Part shown: in pieces, positions 46,392 to 55,698 of the stretch
Layout of the letters: the number at the start of each line of letters is the position of its first letter
How positions within the stretch are numbered: the stretch's first letter is position 1
Source of the DNA: Capsulimonadaceae bacterium
GTDB lineage: Bacteria; Armatimonadota; Armatimonadia; Armatimonadales; Capsulimonadaceae
NCBI GenBank assembly: GCA_965215505.1
Contig: OZ244065.1
Span: forward strand, 3,392,001 to 3,456,000
Length of the DNA stretch: 64,000 nucleotides
Direction of reading: 5' to 3'
Translations under genes and position numbers: made by a program
Notes under the pieces: model-generated
Told to the model about the DNA's origin: nothing
What the model saw: the letters and a program-made list of their open reading frames with translations, nothing else
Databases searched by the model: none

Positions 46392-46943
46392 TCACGCCCG
46401 GTCGCCCCGTACCATCCCGTACACCACCAGGTCTTCATACGCGCCGTCCTTGAGGACGTGCCCGCGCAGCAGGCCCTCCCGCGTCATGCCGATCTTCTGC
46501 ATGACCCGTCCTGACGCGGGGTTGCGGGCGAAGTGCGAGGCCGTGATCTTGTGCAGGCTCAGGCCCCGGAAGCCGTAATCCACCAGGGCGGCGGCGGCCT
46601 CGGTGGCATAGCCCTGGCCCCAGAAGGGGACGCCCAGCCAGTAGCCGAGTTCCGCCCGGCTGTGCGGGGACATGATCCCCAGGCTCACGCAGCCGCACAG
46701 GCCGTCCTCTTCGGGCCGCGTGACCGCGTAGACGACGCCGGTCCGGTAGAGGAACTGGTCGGGGTGTCCGGCGATCCACGCTTCGGCCATGCCGTCCGCG
46801 TAGGGGTACGGCACGTTCAGGGTCGTGTCGGCCACCTCCGCCGCCCCCGCCAGCCTCTGGACCTCCGGGGCATCGGCTTGGGTGAACGGCCTGAGCAAAA
46901 GCCGCTTCGTTCGCAGTTCGGGCTGGTCCGGCGTCATCATCAC
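46392..46943 (-). CDS. RimJ/RimL-type GNAT acetyltransferase
   Basis: LRTKRLLLRPF, AELGYWLG..FWGQGYATEA, NPASGRVMQKIGM. Confidence 0.92.
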   Translation of the reverse strand: MMMTPDQPELRTKRLLLRPFTQADAPEVQRLAGAAEVADTTLNVPYPYADGMAEAWIAGHPDQFLYRTGVVYAVTRPEEDGLCGCVSLGIMSPHSRAELGYWLGVPFWGQGYATEAAAALVDYGFRGLSLHKITASHFARNPASGRVMQKIGMTREGLLRGHVLKDGAYEDLVVYGMVRGDRA

Positions 46944-46953
46944 ACCCCTCTAT

Positions 46954-48084
46954 TCAGCCGAGCGCCTTCAGGTTCTCCGGGTTCAGCGGCAGCAGGTCCT
47001 CGGGCACGAACAGGCCGTCTCGGCGGACCAGCACGTCGTCGAAGTAGACCTCCCCGCCGCCGAACTCGGGCCGCTGGATGAACACCATGTCCCAATGCAC
47101 CGTCGAGCGGTTGCCGTTGAAGGCCTCGTCATAGGCCCCGCCCGGCGTGAAGTGGAACGACCCGGCGATCTTCTCGTCGAACAGGATGTCCTTCATCGGC
47201 TGCATCACATACGGGTTGAAGCCCAAGGAGAACTCGCCGATGTAACGCGCGCCCTCGTCGCTGTCCAAGATCTGGTTCAGCATCGTTTCGGTCCCGCCCG
47301 ATGATGTGGCGTGGACGATCTTCCCCTGCTCGAAGTGCAGCGTGACGCCCTCAAAGACCGTCCCCTGGTAGATGGTCGGCGTGTTGAAGGCGATGGTGCC
47401 GTTCACCGAGTCGCGGACCGGGGCCGTGAAGATCTCCCCGTCGGGGATGTTCGCGTTGCCGGTGCAGGGGATCGTCGGGATGTCCTTGATGGAGAACCGC
47501 AGGTCCGTCCCCGGCCCGGTCAGCCGCACCTTGTCCGCCGCGTCCATGCGCTGCTTCAGGGGCGCGATGACCGGGGCGAGGCTGGCGTAGTCGAAGGTGC
47601 AGACGTCGAAGTAGAAGTCTTCAAACGCCTCCGTACTCATCCCGGCCTGCTGCGCCATCGAGGGCGTCGGCCAGCGCAGGACCACCCATTTCGTGTGCGG
47701 GACGCGCGTCTGGGAGTGGACGGGGTTCCACCAGAGCGACCGCTGGAGCTTCATGCGCTCGTCGGGCACGTCCGACAGTTCCGTGCTGTTCTCGGCCCCG
47801 CGCACGCCGATGTAGGCGTCCATCTCGGCCATACGCGCCTTCTCGAATTTGCCGGTCAGCCGCATCTGCTCTTCGGAGGCGTTCTTGTAGAGCGCGCGCA
47901 GGACGCTGTTGCGCTTGACGGTGACGAACGGCAGCCCGCCCGCCTCGGCGACGCGCTCCACGAGGGCGGTCACGACTTCATCGGGGACATCATAAGCCTC
48001 CACCAGCACCTTCTCTCCGGGCTGGACGTGGGTTGAGTAGCCGACGAGGACGTCGGCGAGCTTTGCGACACGGGGGTCTTTCAT
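46954..48084 (-). CDS. Aminopeptidase, peptidase M29 family
   Basis: NIPDGEIFTAP, ARYIGEFSLG, LFDEKIAGSFHFTPG, NRSTVHWDMV. Confidence 0.93.
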   Translation of the reverse strand: MKDPRVAKLADVLVGYSTHVQPGEKVLVEAYDVPDEVVTALVERVAEAGGLPFVTVKRNSVLRALYKNASEEQMRLTGKFEKARMAEMDAYIGVRGAENSTELSDVPDERMKLQRSLWWNPVHSQTRVPHTKWVVLRWPTPSMAQQAGMSTEAFEDFYFDVCTFDYASLAPVIAPLKQRMDAADKVRLTGPGTDLRFSIKDIPTIPCTGNANIPDGEIFTAPVRDSVNGTIAFNTPTIYQGTVFEGVTLHFEQGKIVHATSSGGTETMLNQILDSDEGARYIGEFSLGFNPYVMQPMKDILFDEKIAGSFHFTPGGAYDEAFNGNRSTVHWDMVFIQRPEFGGGEVYFDDVLVRRDGLFVPEDLLPLNPENLKALG

Positions 48085-48194
48085 GGGAGGCTCCTAAAGA
48101 AACGTAAGGGGTGTGTTGGGGAGAGTATACCCAGGATAACGGGGGCGCGTCGAACGGGGGCGTCGGACCCGGCGTTAAACCGCCGGTCTACACG

Positions 48195-48318
48195 GATGGG
48201 CCGCCCGCTTCGGGGCTTCGGATGGCGTGGGACCGAATGGGAACCTGATCTGTATCTGTAGCCCCGAAGGGGCGGCCCACCGGCGAAGCCGGGAGTAGAC
48301 TGGCCCTTCAGGGCCGGG
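48195..48318. repeat. REP family D inverted pair
   Basis: GGGCCGCCCGCTTCGGGGCT ... AGCCCCGAAGGGGCGGCCCACCGGCGAAGCCGGGA. Confidence 0.75.
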
Positions 48319-48356
48319 ACGCCTCACGCCCCGCCGCGCCTCACGCCCGACTGCAC

Positions 48357-48998
48357 CTACGCCCCGCCTTCCTTCCGCAGCGCCGCGAACCCCGCCACGC
48401 CCCAGGCGGCGGCGCGCGGCGTCCGGTGTTCCGAGGTCACGCGGTAGCCGTGCCGCGCATAAAACCGGCGCGCGGCGGCGTTGTCGAGTTCCGCGTGGAG
48501 GCACACCATCGGGCAGCCCGCCCCCGCCGCGTCCCGGTCCACCGCGGCGAGAAGTCGGCTGCCGATGCCCCGCCCGCGCCTATCGGGGCGGACGGCCAGG
48601 ATGCTGAGGTAGTAAGCCTCGCGCGGCGGGGGCGTCGTCGCGCTCCAGAAGGCGCGGACGACCGGCAGCAGGCGCAGGGGCGCCCACAGGCCCCGGTAGC
48701 GCGGCAGCAGGTACAGCATCCGCCATGAATTCTGGCGGCGTGCCCAGGCGGGCGCGGCCAGGGCCAGGCCGACCACTTCGCCCCCTTGAACGGCCACCAG
48801 GGCGGACTGGTAGCTGAACGGCACGTCGGACCGGGCGAACAGCCGCTCGAAGAAGCGCACGGCGTCAGCAGGGCGCGGCCCGAACACGCGGTCGAACAGG
48901 GCCGGCCCCGCCTCGCGGATCAGCGGCGCGGCCTCGCGGGCGTCGTCAGGGGTCGCGGGCCGCAGGGTGATCGCATCGGAAGGCGTGGAACCGGACAT
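48357..48998 (-). CDS. GNAT family acetyltransferase
   Basis: LAVRPDRRGRGIGSRLL, NAAARRFYARHGY. Confidence 0.9.
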   Translation of the reverse strand: MSGSTPSDAITLRPATPDDAREAAPLIREAGPALFDRVFGPRPADAVRFFERLFARSDVPFSYQSALVAVQGGEVVGLALAAPAWARRQNSWRMLYLLPRYRGLWAPLRLLPVVRAFWSATTPPPREAYYLSILAVRPDRRGRGIGSRLLAAVDRDAAGAGCPMVCLHAELDNAAARRFYARHGYRVTSEHRTPRAAAWGVAGFAALRKEGGA

Positions 48999-49102
48999 GG
49001 CATCAGTATACCGGACGGCGAAAAGAAACCGCGCCCCTGAAAGGCGTGGGCGCTCTGCTTTGGGTAAGAGGAAACCATCGTGATCTTCTCGCGGAGGTGG
49101 GT

Positions 49103-49987
49103 ATGGAAACCATGAATCACTCAGAGTTCCTGGCCGACGTCGGCCTCCCGGCGGTCCTCTCCAGCCGGCCGCAAGGCTGGCCGGGCGTCGTCCTGGAACA
49201 GCAGAAACAGCCGCCGAGTGAGTTTGAGGTGCCGCCGCTCTCCCAGCATCTCGTCGTCTTCCTGCTCGGAGGGGCGGTCCCTTTGGTTCAGGAACGGGGC
49301 GGCCAGACCCGGCGCGGGAAGCTCGTGCCGGGCGAGATATTGGTGATGCCGGCGGGCCAGCCGAGTCACTGGATCTCGGAGGGTGCCGTCAATGCGGTCC
49401 ACCTGCTGCTGTCGCCGGACTTCATCGCCCGGACCGCCGAAGCCGTCGGGATGACGCCCGACCGGGCGGAGGTGGTGGACAGCTTCGGGACGCTGGACCC
49501 CCGCCTGGAGCAGATCGGGCGAATGCTGCTCGACGAGGCACAGACGGCGGGGCTAGGCGGACGCCTCTACGCCGAGTCGCTGATCAACGTCCTGGCCGTG
49601 CATGTGCTCCGGCGCTACTCCGCGTCCGGCGAGGTCCCCTCCCGGCCCGCCGGCGGCCTCCCCCAGCTCGGCCTGGGCCGCGCCCTCGAGTACATCAACG
49701 ACAACCTGGACCTGGACCTGTCGCTCTCCGGAATCGCCCAGGCCGCCGAGATCAGCCCCAACTCCCTTGCCGCCCGGTTCAAGCAGTCTACGGGCCTCGC
49801 GCCCCACCAGTACGTCATCAAGCGAAGGGTGGAGCGGGCGCGGAGCCTGCTCCTGGGCGGCGGGCTGTCCATCGGCGAGGTCGCGGCACAGGTCGGGTTT
49901 TACGACCAGAGCCACCTGACCCGCCACTTCAAGCGCCTCACCGGCGTCACCCCCAGCCGCCTACTGTCGGAGCATGAGCGGGCGTAA
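49103..49987 (+). CDS. AraC family transcriptional regulator
   Basis: C-terminal double HTH (FKQSTGLAPHQYV, VGFYDQSHLTRHFKRLTGVTP); GGAGG RBS. Confidence 0.93.
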   Translation: METMNHSEFLADVGLPAVLSSRPQGWPGVVLEQQKQPPSEFEVPPLSQHLVVFLLGGAVPLVQERGGQTRRGKLVPGEILVMPAGQPSHWISEGAVNAVHLLLSPDFIARTAEAVGMTPDRAEVVDSFGTLDPRLEQIGRMLLDEAQTAGLGGRLYAESLINVLAVHVLRRYSASGEVPSRPAGGLPQLGLGRALEYINDNLDLDLSLSGIAQAAEISPNSLAARFKQSTGLAPHQYVIKRRVERARSLLLGGGLSIGEVAAQVGFYDQSHLTRHFKRLTGVTPSRLLSEHERA

Positions 49988-50045
49988 GAACGTCCCAAAG
50001 GCCGCCAGAACGTCCAAGACGCTGCAAAGCCGGTTCCAGTATAAT
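49987..50045 (+). promoter_or_regulatory. Putative AraC-activated promoter
   Basis: AGAACGTCC direct repeat 20 bp apart (49987, 50007), followed by TATAAT at 50040. Confidence 0.6.
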
Positions 50046-50078
50046 GGAGGCGCACAATCCGGCACGGGAGGAAAATCC

Positions 50079-50765
50079 ATGAAGATCGGCATCATCGGGA
50101 CGGGCAACATGGGCCGCTCCCTGGGCATCCTCTGGGCCGAACAGGGGCATGACGTGTTCTTCGGGGCGCGCGACGCCGGCAAGGCTGAGGCCGCCGCGCA
50201 TCTCGCCGGGCGCGGGGCGGGGCACGGCACGAACGACGAGGCGGCCTCCTTCGGCGAGGCCGTCTTTTACTCGGCGCGGGGCATAGACCCCGCCGAGGTG
50301 CTGACCGACGTGCGCGTCCTGGACGGGAAAACGGTCATTGACGCGAACAACGGCCCGATCCCGGACGGCTTCGCCTACGCGCCGATCACCGTCTCGCTGG
50401 CCGAGGCCTTGCAGGCGCAGATTCCCGCAGCCCGTGTGGTCAAGGCGTTCAACACCATGTCCCAGGAGACTTTCGAGCTGGCCCCGGAGCCGCTCCGCCG
50501 GCAGCACGTCTCCGTCTTCGTCGCGGGCGACGACGCGGCGGCGCGGCGGACGGTCATGGGGCTGGCGGAGCAGATCGGATTCGTGCCGGTGGACTGCGGC
50601 GGGCTGCGGAATGCGCGGCTGATCGAAGGGCTGGGCGACTTCATCCGGTTCGTGATGATCGGCCAGGGCCAGGGGGCGTACACCGCGCTCTCGGTCCACC
50701 CGCTCCCGCAGCCCCAGGGGGCGGCGCGGCTGGGCGGTCGGCAGTCATCCGGCCTGGACTCGTGA
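50079..50765 (+). CDS. NADP oxidoreductase, F420_oxidored family
   Basis: MKIGIIGTGNMG, GKTVIDANN, VVKAFNT, VAGDD. Confidence 0.88.
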   Translation: MKIGIIGTGNMGRSLGILWAEQGHDVFFGARDAGKAEAAAHLAGRGAGHGTNDEAASFGEAVFYSARGIDPAEVLTDVRVLDGKTVIDANNGPIPDGFAYAPITVSLAEALQAQIPAARVVKAFNTMSQETFELAPEPLRRQHVSVFVAGDDAAARRTVMGLAEQIGFVPVDCGGLRNARLIEGLGDFIRFVMIGQGQGAYTALSVHPLPQPQGAARLGGRQSSGLDS

Positions 50766-50790
50766 CACGGCCGGGTCAGAAAGAGGAGAA

Positions 50791-51615
50791 ATGAACGTCA
50801 GCGTGTATTCGGAGCCGGGCTTCGCCTCGGTGAACTCCTATGTGGTGGACGTCGGGGAAGGCTTATGCATCATTGACACCCAGCGCTCCCTTTCCTCGGC
50901 CCGGAAGCTGCTGGCGGTGGTGGAGGAGGCGGCGAAGCCCGTCCTGGGCGTCTTCATCACCCACCCGCACCCCGACCACATCGGCGGCCTGCCCGCAGTG
51001 GCGCGGGCCTATCCGCAGGCCCCGATTTACGCCCTACAGACGACCCGCGACAGCATCCGGTCGGACGCGGGCGGCTACATCACCCTCTCGAAGCAGGTAC
51101 TCGGCGACGACTTTGACGAGGACATCCCCGTCCCCGACCATGCCGTCTCCTCCGGGGACGAGCTGCGGGTGGGGGCCGTGGAGTGGCGGGTCGAAGACGC
51201 CGGGCCGGGCGAGGCCCCCTGCATGATGATGCTGCACGCGCCTGAAGCCGGGACGCTGTTCTGCGCCGACGTTGTGCAGCACGGGATGACGGCCTTTCTC
51301 CTGGAAGGCCGCTCGGAAGCCTGGCTCCGGCAGGTGGAGGCGGTCGCCGGCAGATACGGCTCCGTCCCCGTGGTCTATCCGGGGCACGGCGTCCACGGTG
51401 CCGGCGGCGCGCTGTTCGCCTTCCAGAGAGAGTATCTGGGCCGGTTCCAGAGGCTGGTGGCGCAGAACAGGACCGGGGGCGGCTCGGTTTCCGCCGAAGG
51501 CAAGCAGAAGATCGTGGCGGAGATGGGGCGTCTCTACCCCGGCTACCAGCCCGTGGCGGCCATCCCCGATCTGTTGGAGCAGGACGTGGATGCCTTGCAG
51601 AAAGAGATGAGTTGA
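50791..51615 (+). CDS. MBL-fold metallo-hydrolase
   Basis: THPHPDHIGG, PGHG. Confidence 0.9.
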   Translation: MNVSVYSEPGFASVNSYVVDVGEGLCIIDTQRSLSSARKLLAVVEEAAKPVLGVFITHPHPDHIGGLPAVARAYPQAPIYALQTTRDSIRSDAGGYITLSKQVLGDDFDEDIPVPDHAVSSGDELRVGAVEWRVEDAGPGEAPCMMMLHAPEAGTLFCADVVQHGMTAFLLEGRSEAWLRQVEAVAGRYGSVPVVYPGHGVHGAGGALFAFQREYLGRFQRLVAQNRTGGGSVSAEGKQKIVAEMGRLYPGYQPVAAIPDLLEQDVDALQKEMS

Positions 51616-51643
51616 GGCATGGCCTCAGAATCCGTGCCGCGCC

Positions 51644-52438
51644 TCAGAATCCGTGCCGCCTCAGCCACGCCGCGCAGTGTACGGGCCACGTTCCAAGTAT
51701 GGGGTCGCCTGGAGCGAGACCAAACCCATGTGGGCCGCTCTCGTACAGGTGCATCTCCACCGGCACACCCGCGCCGCGCAGGGCAAGGGCCAGCAGCAGG
51801 CTGTTCTCGGCGGGGACGCCCGCGTCGTCAGCCGTATGCACCAGAAAGGTCGGCGGCGTGTCCGGCGTGACGTGCAGGTGGTTGGACAGCGAGGCGGCCA
51901 GCTCTTCGGTCGCGTCCGCGCCGAGCAGGTTGTGGCGCGACCCGCCATGTCCGTGCGGCTCTTGCAGGCTGATGACCGGGTAGACCAGGACAGCCAGATC
52001 GGGCCGTGACGAGAAACGGCCCAGCGGCTCCGGCGCGTGGGGGTCGCCCGCCTCAAAGTGCGTCGCCAGCGTGGAAGCCAAATGCCCGCCCGCCGAGAAG
52101 CCCAGGATGCCGATGCGGGCCGGGTCCAGGCCGTCGGCCAGGGCGCGGACCGTCCGGATGGCGCGGGCGGCGTCGTCGAGCATGGCCGGGTGGCGCGAGT
52201 GCGGCCCCAGCCGGTAGTGCAGCACAAACGCCGTAATGCCTAATGTGTTCAGCCACTCGGCGACGTCTTTCCCCTCATGGCCCGCGTGCATCCCGTACCC
52301 CCCGCCGGGGCAGACGACCACCGAGGCCCCCGTCTTCCCCTCAAGCGGGTCGTAGCGGGTCAGGGTCTGCGGGGTGACGTTCTCACCGAAAGCGGCCGAT
52401 TGCGGCCAGAGCGGCCGGGGCGTGGGCGTCATGCTCAT
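51644..52438 (-). CDS. Alpha/beta hydrolase (esterase)
   Basis: CPGGGY, GFSAGG, PPTFLVH..DD..V, HGFG. Confidence 0.9.
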   Translation of the reverse strand: MSMTPTPRPLWPQSAAFGENVTPQTLTRYDPLEGKTGASVVVCPGGGYGMHAGHEGKDVAEWLNTLGITAFVLHYRLGPHSRHPAMLDDAARAIRTVRALADGLDPARIGILGFSAGGHLASTLATHFEAGDPHAPEPLGRFSSRPDLAVLVYPVISLQEPHGHGGSRHNLLGADATEELAASLSNHLHVTPDTPPTFLVHTADDAGVPAENSLLLALALRGAGVPVEMHLYESGPHGFGLAPGDPILGTWPVHCAAWLRRHGF

Positions 52439-52449
52439 ATCCACCGCGC

Positions 52450-53448
52450 TCATATCCACCGCGCGTTCGGCCCGAAGTCCGCCGAATAGTAGTTGCTGAC
52501 GTGTGTGCCGGGCGGGAAGATCGCATCCAGAGCCTTGTTGTCTTCCTCCGTCACCGTGATCTCCATGGCTTTCAGATAGTCCTCCATCTGCTCCGCCGTG
52601 CGCGGCCCGATGATCGGGCTTGTGACGCCCGGCTGAGCCAAACACCAAGCCAACGCCATCCGCACCGGGGTCACACCGCGCGCCTCGCAGAAAGGCAAAT
52701 ACTGCTCAACGGCGGCCAAAGCGGCGTCGTTGTCCCGGTTGTTGAACGCGCCCTTCTCGTACCGCGCCCCCGCAGGCCGCGTCTGCCCCAGCCGGTACTT
52801 GCCGGACAGCAGCCCGCCCGCGATGGGTGCCCAGGGGATGACGCCGACGCCGTAGGTGCGGCAGAACGGCAGTAATTCGCGCTCGATGCGCCGGTCCAGC
52901 AGGTTGTACGGCGGCTGCTCGCAGACGAAGCGGTTCAGGTGCAGCTCCTTGGAGGCCCAAAGCGACTCCACGAGCTGCCACGCGGCGAACGTGCTGGTCC
53001 CGATGTAGCGCACCTTGCCCGACTTCACCAGGTCATCGAGCGCCCGCAAAGTCTCGTCAATCGGGATGGACGACTTGGGCCGGTGGATCTGATACAAGTC
53101 TATGTGGTCCGTCCCCAGCCGCCGCAGCGAGTCCTCGCAGGCTTTAATCAAGTGGAACCGGTGGCTGCCCCAGGCGTTCGGGTCAGTGTCGTCCATCTTG
53201 TTGTAGCCCTTGGTCGCGAGGAACACTTGATCCCGCTTCCCGTCCCGCGCCAAGGCTTTTCCGACGATGGTTTCCGAGACGCCCCGGCTGTAGACGTCGG
53301 CGGTGTCCAGGAAGTTGACGCCCGCCGCCATCGCCTGGTCAATGATGCCGAACGACTCCTGCTCGTCCGCGCCGTCCCCGAAGTTCATGCAGCCCAGGCA
53401 GAGCGGGCTGACCTGAACCCCCGTCCGCCCTAAAGTCCGATAGTCCAT
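52450..53448 (-). CDS. Aldo/keto reductase
   Basis: MDYRTLGRTG..VSPLCLGCM, DTADVYS, DLYQIHRP, EQPPYN. Confidence 0.93.
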   Translation of the reverse strand: MDYRTLGRTGVQVSPLCLGCMNFGDGADEQESFGIIDQAMAAGVNFLDTADVYSRGVSETIVGKALARDGKRDQVFLATKGYNKMDDTDPNAWGSHRFHLIKACEDSLRRLGTDHIDLYQIHRPKSSIPIDETLRALDDLVKSGKVRYIGTSTFAAWQLVESLWASKELHLNRFVCEQPPYNLLDRRIERELLPFCRTYGVGVIPWAPIAGGLLSGKYRLGQTRPAGARYEKGAFNNRDNDAALAAVEQYLPFCEARGVTPVRMALAWCLAQPGVTSPIIGPRTAEQMEDYLKAMEITVTEEDNKALDAIFPPGTHVSNYYSADFGPNARWI

Positions 53449-53494
53449 GTGTGTCTCCTCATGTTGGCCCCCCGCCCGCGCGGGGGTCATAACC

Positions 53495-53625
53495 GTAGGG
53501 GCGCGATTCATCGCGCCCTCTTCTCCATTCGCCCTCTTCTGGAAAGGGCGAACACCCTGGAAGGGCGAACACAAGGTTCGCCCCTACGACACCGGGCTGT
53601 AGGGCGCGAACCTTGTGTTCGCCCT
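53495..53625. repeat. Cluster of three GTAG-family REPs
   Basis: GTAGGGGCGCGATTCATCGCGCCCT; AGGGCGAACACAAGGTTCGCCCCTAC; GTAGGGCGCGAACCTTGTGTTCGCCCT. Confidence 0.85.
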
Positions 53626-53865
53626 TTCGTTCTCAGGCAGGGCGCGCACCGGCATGTCCTCCTGTGCTGAGGCCGCCGCAAAGGTGATTACCGCACGCAC
53701 GTCTCCTTCCGTAATCGTCGGGAAGTCCCCCAATATCTCCGCCACCGTCGCCCCTTCCCGCAGGCTCGCGAGGACAGTCCGCAGGGTGACACGGGTTCCC
53801 CTGATTACTGCTTCGCCGCCGCAGACTTTCGGGTCTCGGCTAAAGTGCTGTTGATAGTCCATCAT
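53584..53865 (-). CDS. DUF433 family protein (antitoxin-type)
   Basis: DPKVCGGEAVIRGTRV...GATVAEILGDFPTITEGDVRA; C-terminus runs into a REP. Confidence 0.88.
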   Translation of the reverse strand: MMDYQQHFSRDPKVCGGEAVIRGTRVTLRTVLASLREGATVAEILGDFPTITEGDVRAVITFAAASAQEDMPVRALPENERANTRFAPYSPVS

Positions 53866-54178
53866 AAATCCTCACTCCTCGCTCCAAGATCTCGCTCTCC
53901 AGCGAGGCATAGACACGGCTGGCCCTGTCCACCTCCGCCTGTGTCTCTACTAGAACGTCTTTGGGCATGTTCAAGTCGCGTAGACAGCGACGTGCCCGGA
54001 AGTCCCTTTCCCCCCGTGACAGTTGGCTTTGCGGGAGGATGATGAACAAATCCACGTCGCTGTTTTCATTCGGCTGCCCCCACGCATAGGAGCCGAACAA
54101 GTATATCTGGTGCGGCTGGAACTCCGCCACCAGCCGCCGGGTCATTTCTTTGAGTATGCTTTCCACTTCTGCGACCAT
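53840..54178 (-). CDS. Minimal nucleotidyltransferase (MNT)
   Basis: IYLFGSYAWG.P...SDVDL, EILERGVRIY. Confidence 0.88.
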   Translation of the reverse strand: MVAEVESILKEMTRRLVAEFQPHQIYLFGSYAWGQPNENSDVDLFIILPQSQLSRGERDFRARRCLRDLNMPKDVLVETQAEVDRASRVYASLESEILERGVRIYDGLSTAL

Positions 54179-54196
54179 TTGAGTTGCTCCTAACGC

Positions 54197-54835
54197 CTAC
54201 TCCTGCTGCAAGTCCCGCACCTGGCCTGTGTACAATCCCTGGTGCCGGTGCTGCGCGTCCACCCACGAGACAGGGAAGGTTTCGCGCCCCAGCACGACCG
54301 CGTCGATCGCCGCCCGCATCTGCCGGGCGCAGGTGTTCGGGCCGACCCGCCCGACGCCCGTGCCCAGGCCGGGGAAGGCGAGGCTGTCCACGAAGTCCGC
54401 AATTCGTTCTCCCGCGTAGGTCCCCCGCGTAAACGTGCCGTGCGTCACCAGCAGCAGGGCCGCCCGCGCGGCGAGGTACGGGTTCACGCTGTCGCGCAGG
54501 ATGGTCGGGACGCGCATGGTCGGCGCGGCGACAAGGAACGGCAGGGCGGGGTCGCCCGTCTCGACGATCTCCGCCGCCCCCACCAGCAGTTCCCCGTGGT
54601 GGCTCTCGCGGATGGCCTCTTGCAGACGCTCCTGCACGCCCCAGCCGAAGTGCTGCGTGTAGAGCATGTCGATCCCGCCGTCCATGAACCCGAAGGAATT
54701 GGCCGGGCTGACCACGGCGTCACACGAAAGGTCAAAGACTGAGCCGCGATGCACAGTGACAAACGGCAGGTCGCCGCAGAATCGCTCCCAGGCGTCGGCC
54801 AGGGCGTCTTCCACCGAGGTCAGGATGATGTTCAT
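54197..54835 (-). CDS. Macro-domain protein
   Basis: DAVVSPANSFGFMDGGID, APTMRVP, PGLGTGVG. Confidence 0.9.
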   Translation of the reverse strand: MNIILTSVEDALADAWERFCGDLPFVTVHRGSVFDLSCDAVVSPANSFGFMDGGIDMLYTQHFGWGVQERLQEAIRESHHGELLVGAAEIVETGDPALPFLVAAPTMRVPTILRDSVNPYLAARAALLLVTHGTFTRGTYAGERIADFVDSLAFPGLGTGVGRVGPNTCARQMRAAIDAVVLGRETFPVSWVDAQHRHQGLYTGQVRDLQQE

Positions 54836-55158
54836 TTTTGCGCCTCTACTCCCGTCACAACACCGTAGATGTCGCTCCGGTCAACCCAACCGTCCACGCG
54901 CCCCTGATGGCTGCCGATCAGGAACCGTTCGCCCTTCACGGAGAGGATGCCATGCAGGACGACATGCGCGAACCGCTTGCCCTGGATGCGGACCAGCACG
55001 ATGTCACCCACCGTCAGTTCTCCCGCCCGGCACGGCGTCAGCGTGACCAGGTCGCCGTCACTGATGCGCCCGGTCATCGAGTGCCCGCGCGGCCTCACCT
55101 CTACCGTCCGGCCTTCCTGCAAGGCTACTCCCGCTTCTGTTGACCAGTCAATAGCCAC
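54832..55158 (-). CDS. S24/S26 peptidase-like protein
   Basis: PRGHSM..RI.DGDLVT, GDIVLV; ATGA overlap with the macro gene. Confidence 0.75.
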   Translation of the reverse strand: MAIDWSTEAGVALQEGRTVEVRPRGHSMTGRISDGDLVTLTPCRAGELTVGDIVLVRIQGKRFAHVVLHGILSVKGERFLIGSHQGRVDGWVDRSDIYGVVTGVEAQK

Positions 55159-55170
55159 CTCAGAATAAAG

Positions 55171-55326
55171 TCATCGCCCGGTGGCCTGTTCGAGTTCGTA
55201 CCGCATTTCTTCCTCCGTCCACTCCTCATCTTCCAGGGGAGGCAGCGCGGCATCTAGGTCACACGCCGCATCCTGCTGGACCAACACTAGCTGCCCTTCC
55301 TCGATTACGCCGGTCATTTCAGTCAT
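55171..55326 (-). CDS. Small acidic protein (51 aa), not in ORF track
   Basis: MTEMTGVIEEGQLVLVQQDAACDLDAALPPLEDEEWTEEEMRYELEQATGR; GGGGA RBS; fills the gap in the operon. Confidence 0.55.
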   Translation of the reverse strand: MTEMTGVIEEGQLVLVQQDAACDLDAALPPLEDEEWTEEEMRYELEQATGR

Positions 55327-55344
55327 GTACTATCCCCATGCTGG

Positions 55345-55698
55345 TTACGGCTGGTACTCCACCGTCAGCGCGAATGCCCTTGCAATCTGTGCGAGCGTTT
55401 CCTCCGACAGAATGCCCAGCCTGTTCCCGAAGCGCTCCAGGGACGCGCCGCGCATCTGGAACGCATCGGCGGCAGAGAGCTTGGTCAGGCCGCTGGCAGG
55501 CGTCGCTTCCACGCGCGCCATCCAGAAATAGCGCCGGTAGGTTTCACTCCACCCGGTCAGCGGCACGATCAAGCGGAGCGGCATACGGCCTGCGGCGTCA
55601 GAATTAAGGACAACTGCTGGCCTCGTTTTTTGCAGTTCCGCGCCCCGCGTCGGTTCCAGGTTCACCCACCAGATTTCACCACGAACGGGGTTGATCAC
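55345..55698 (-). CDS. MazF/PemK family toxin
   Basis: RGEIWWVNLEPTRGAELQKTRPAVVL, IVPLT. Confidence 0.92.
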   Translation of the reverse strand: MINPVRGEIWWVNLEPTRGAELQKTRPAVVLNSDAAGRMPLRLIVPLTGWSETYRRYFWMARVEATPASGLTKLSAADAFQMRGASLERFGNRLGILSEETLAQIARAFALTVEYQP

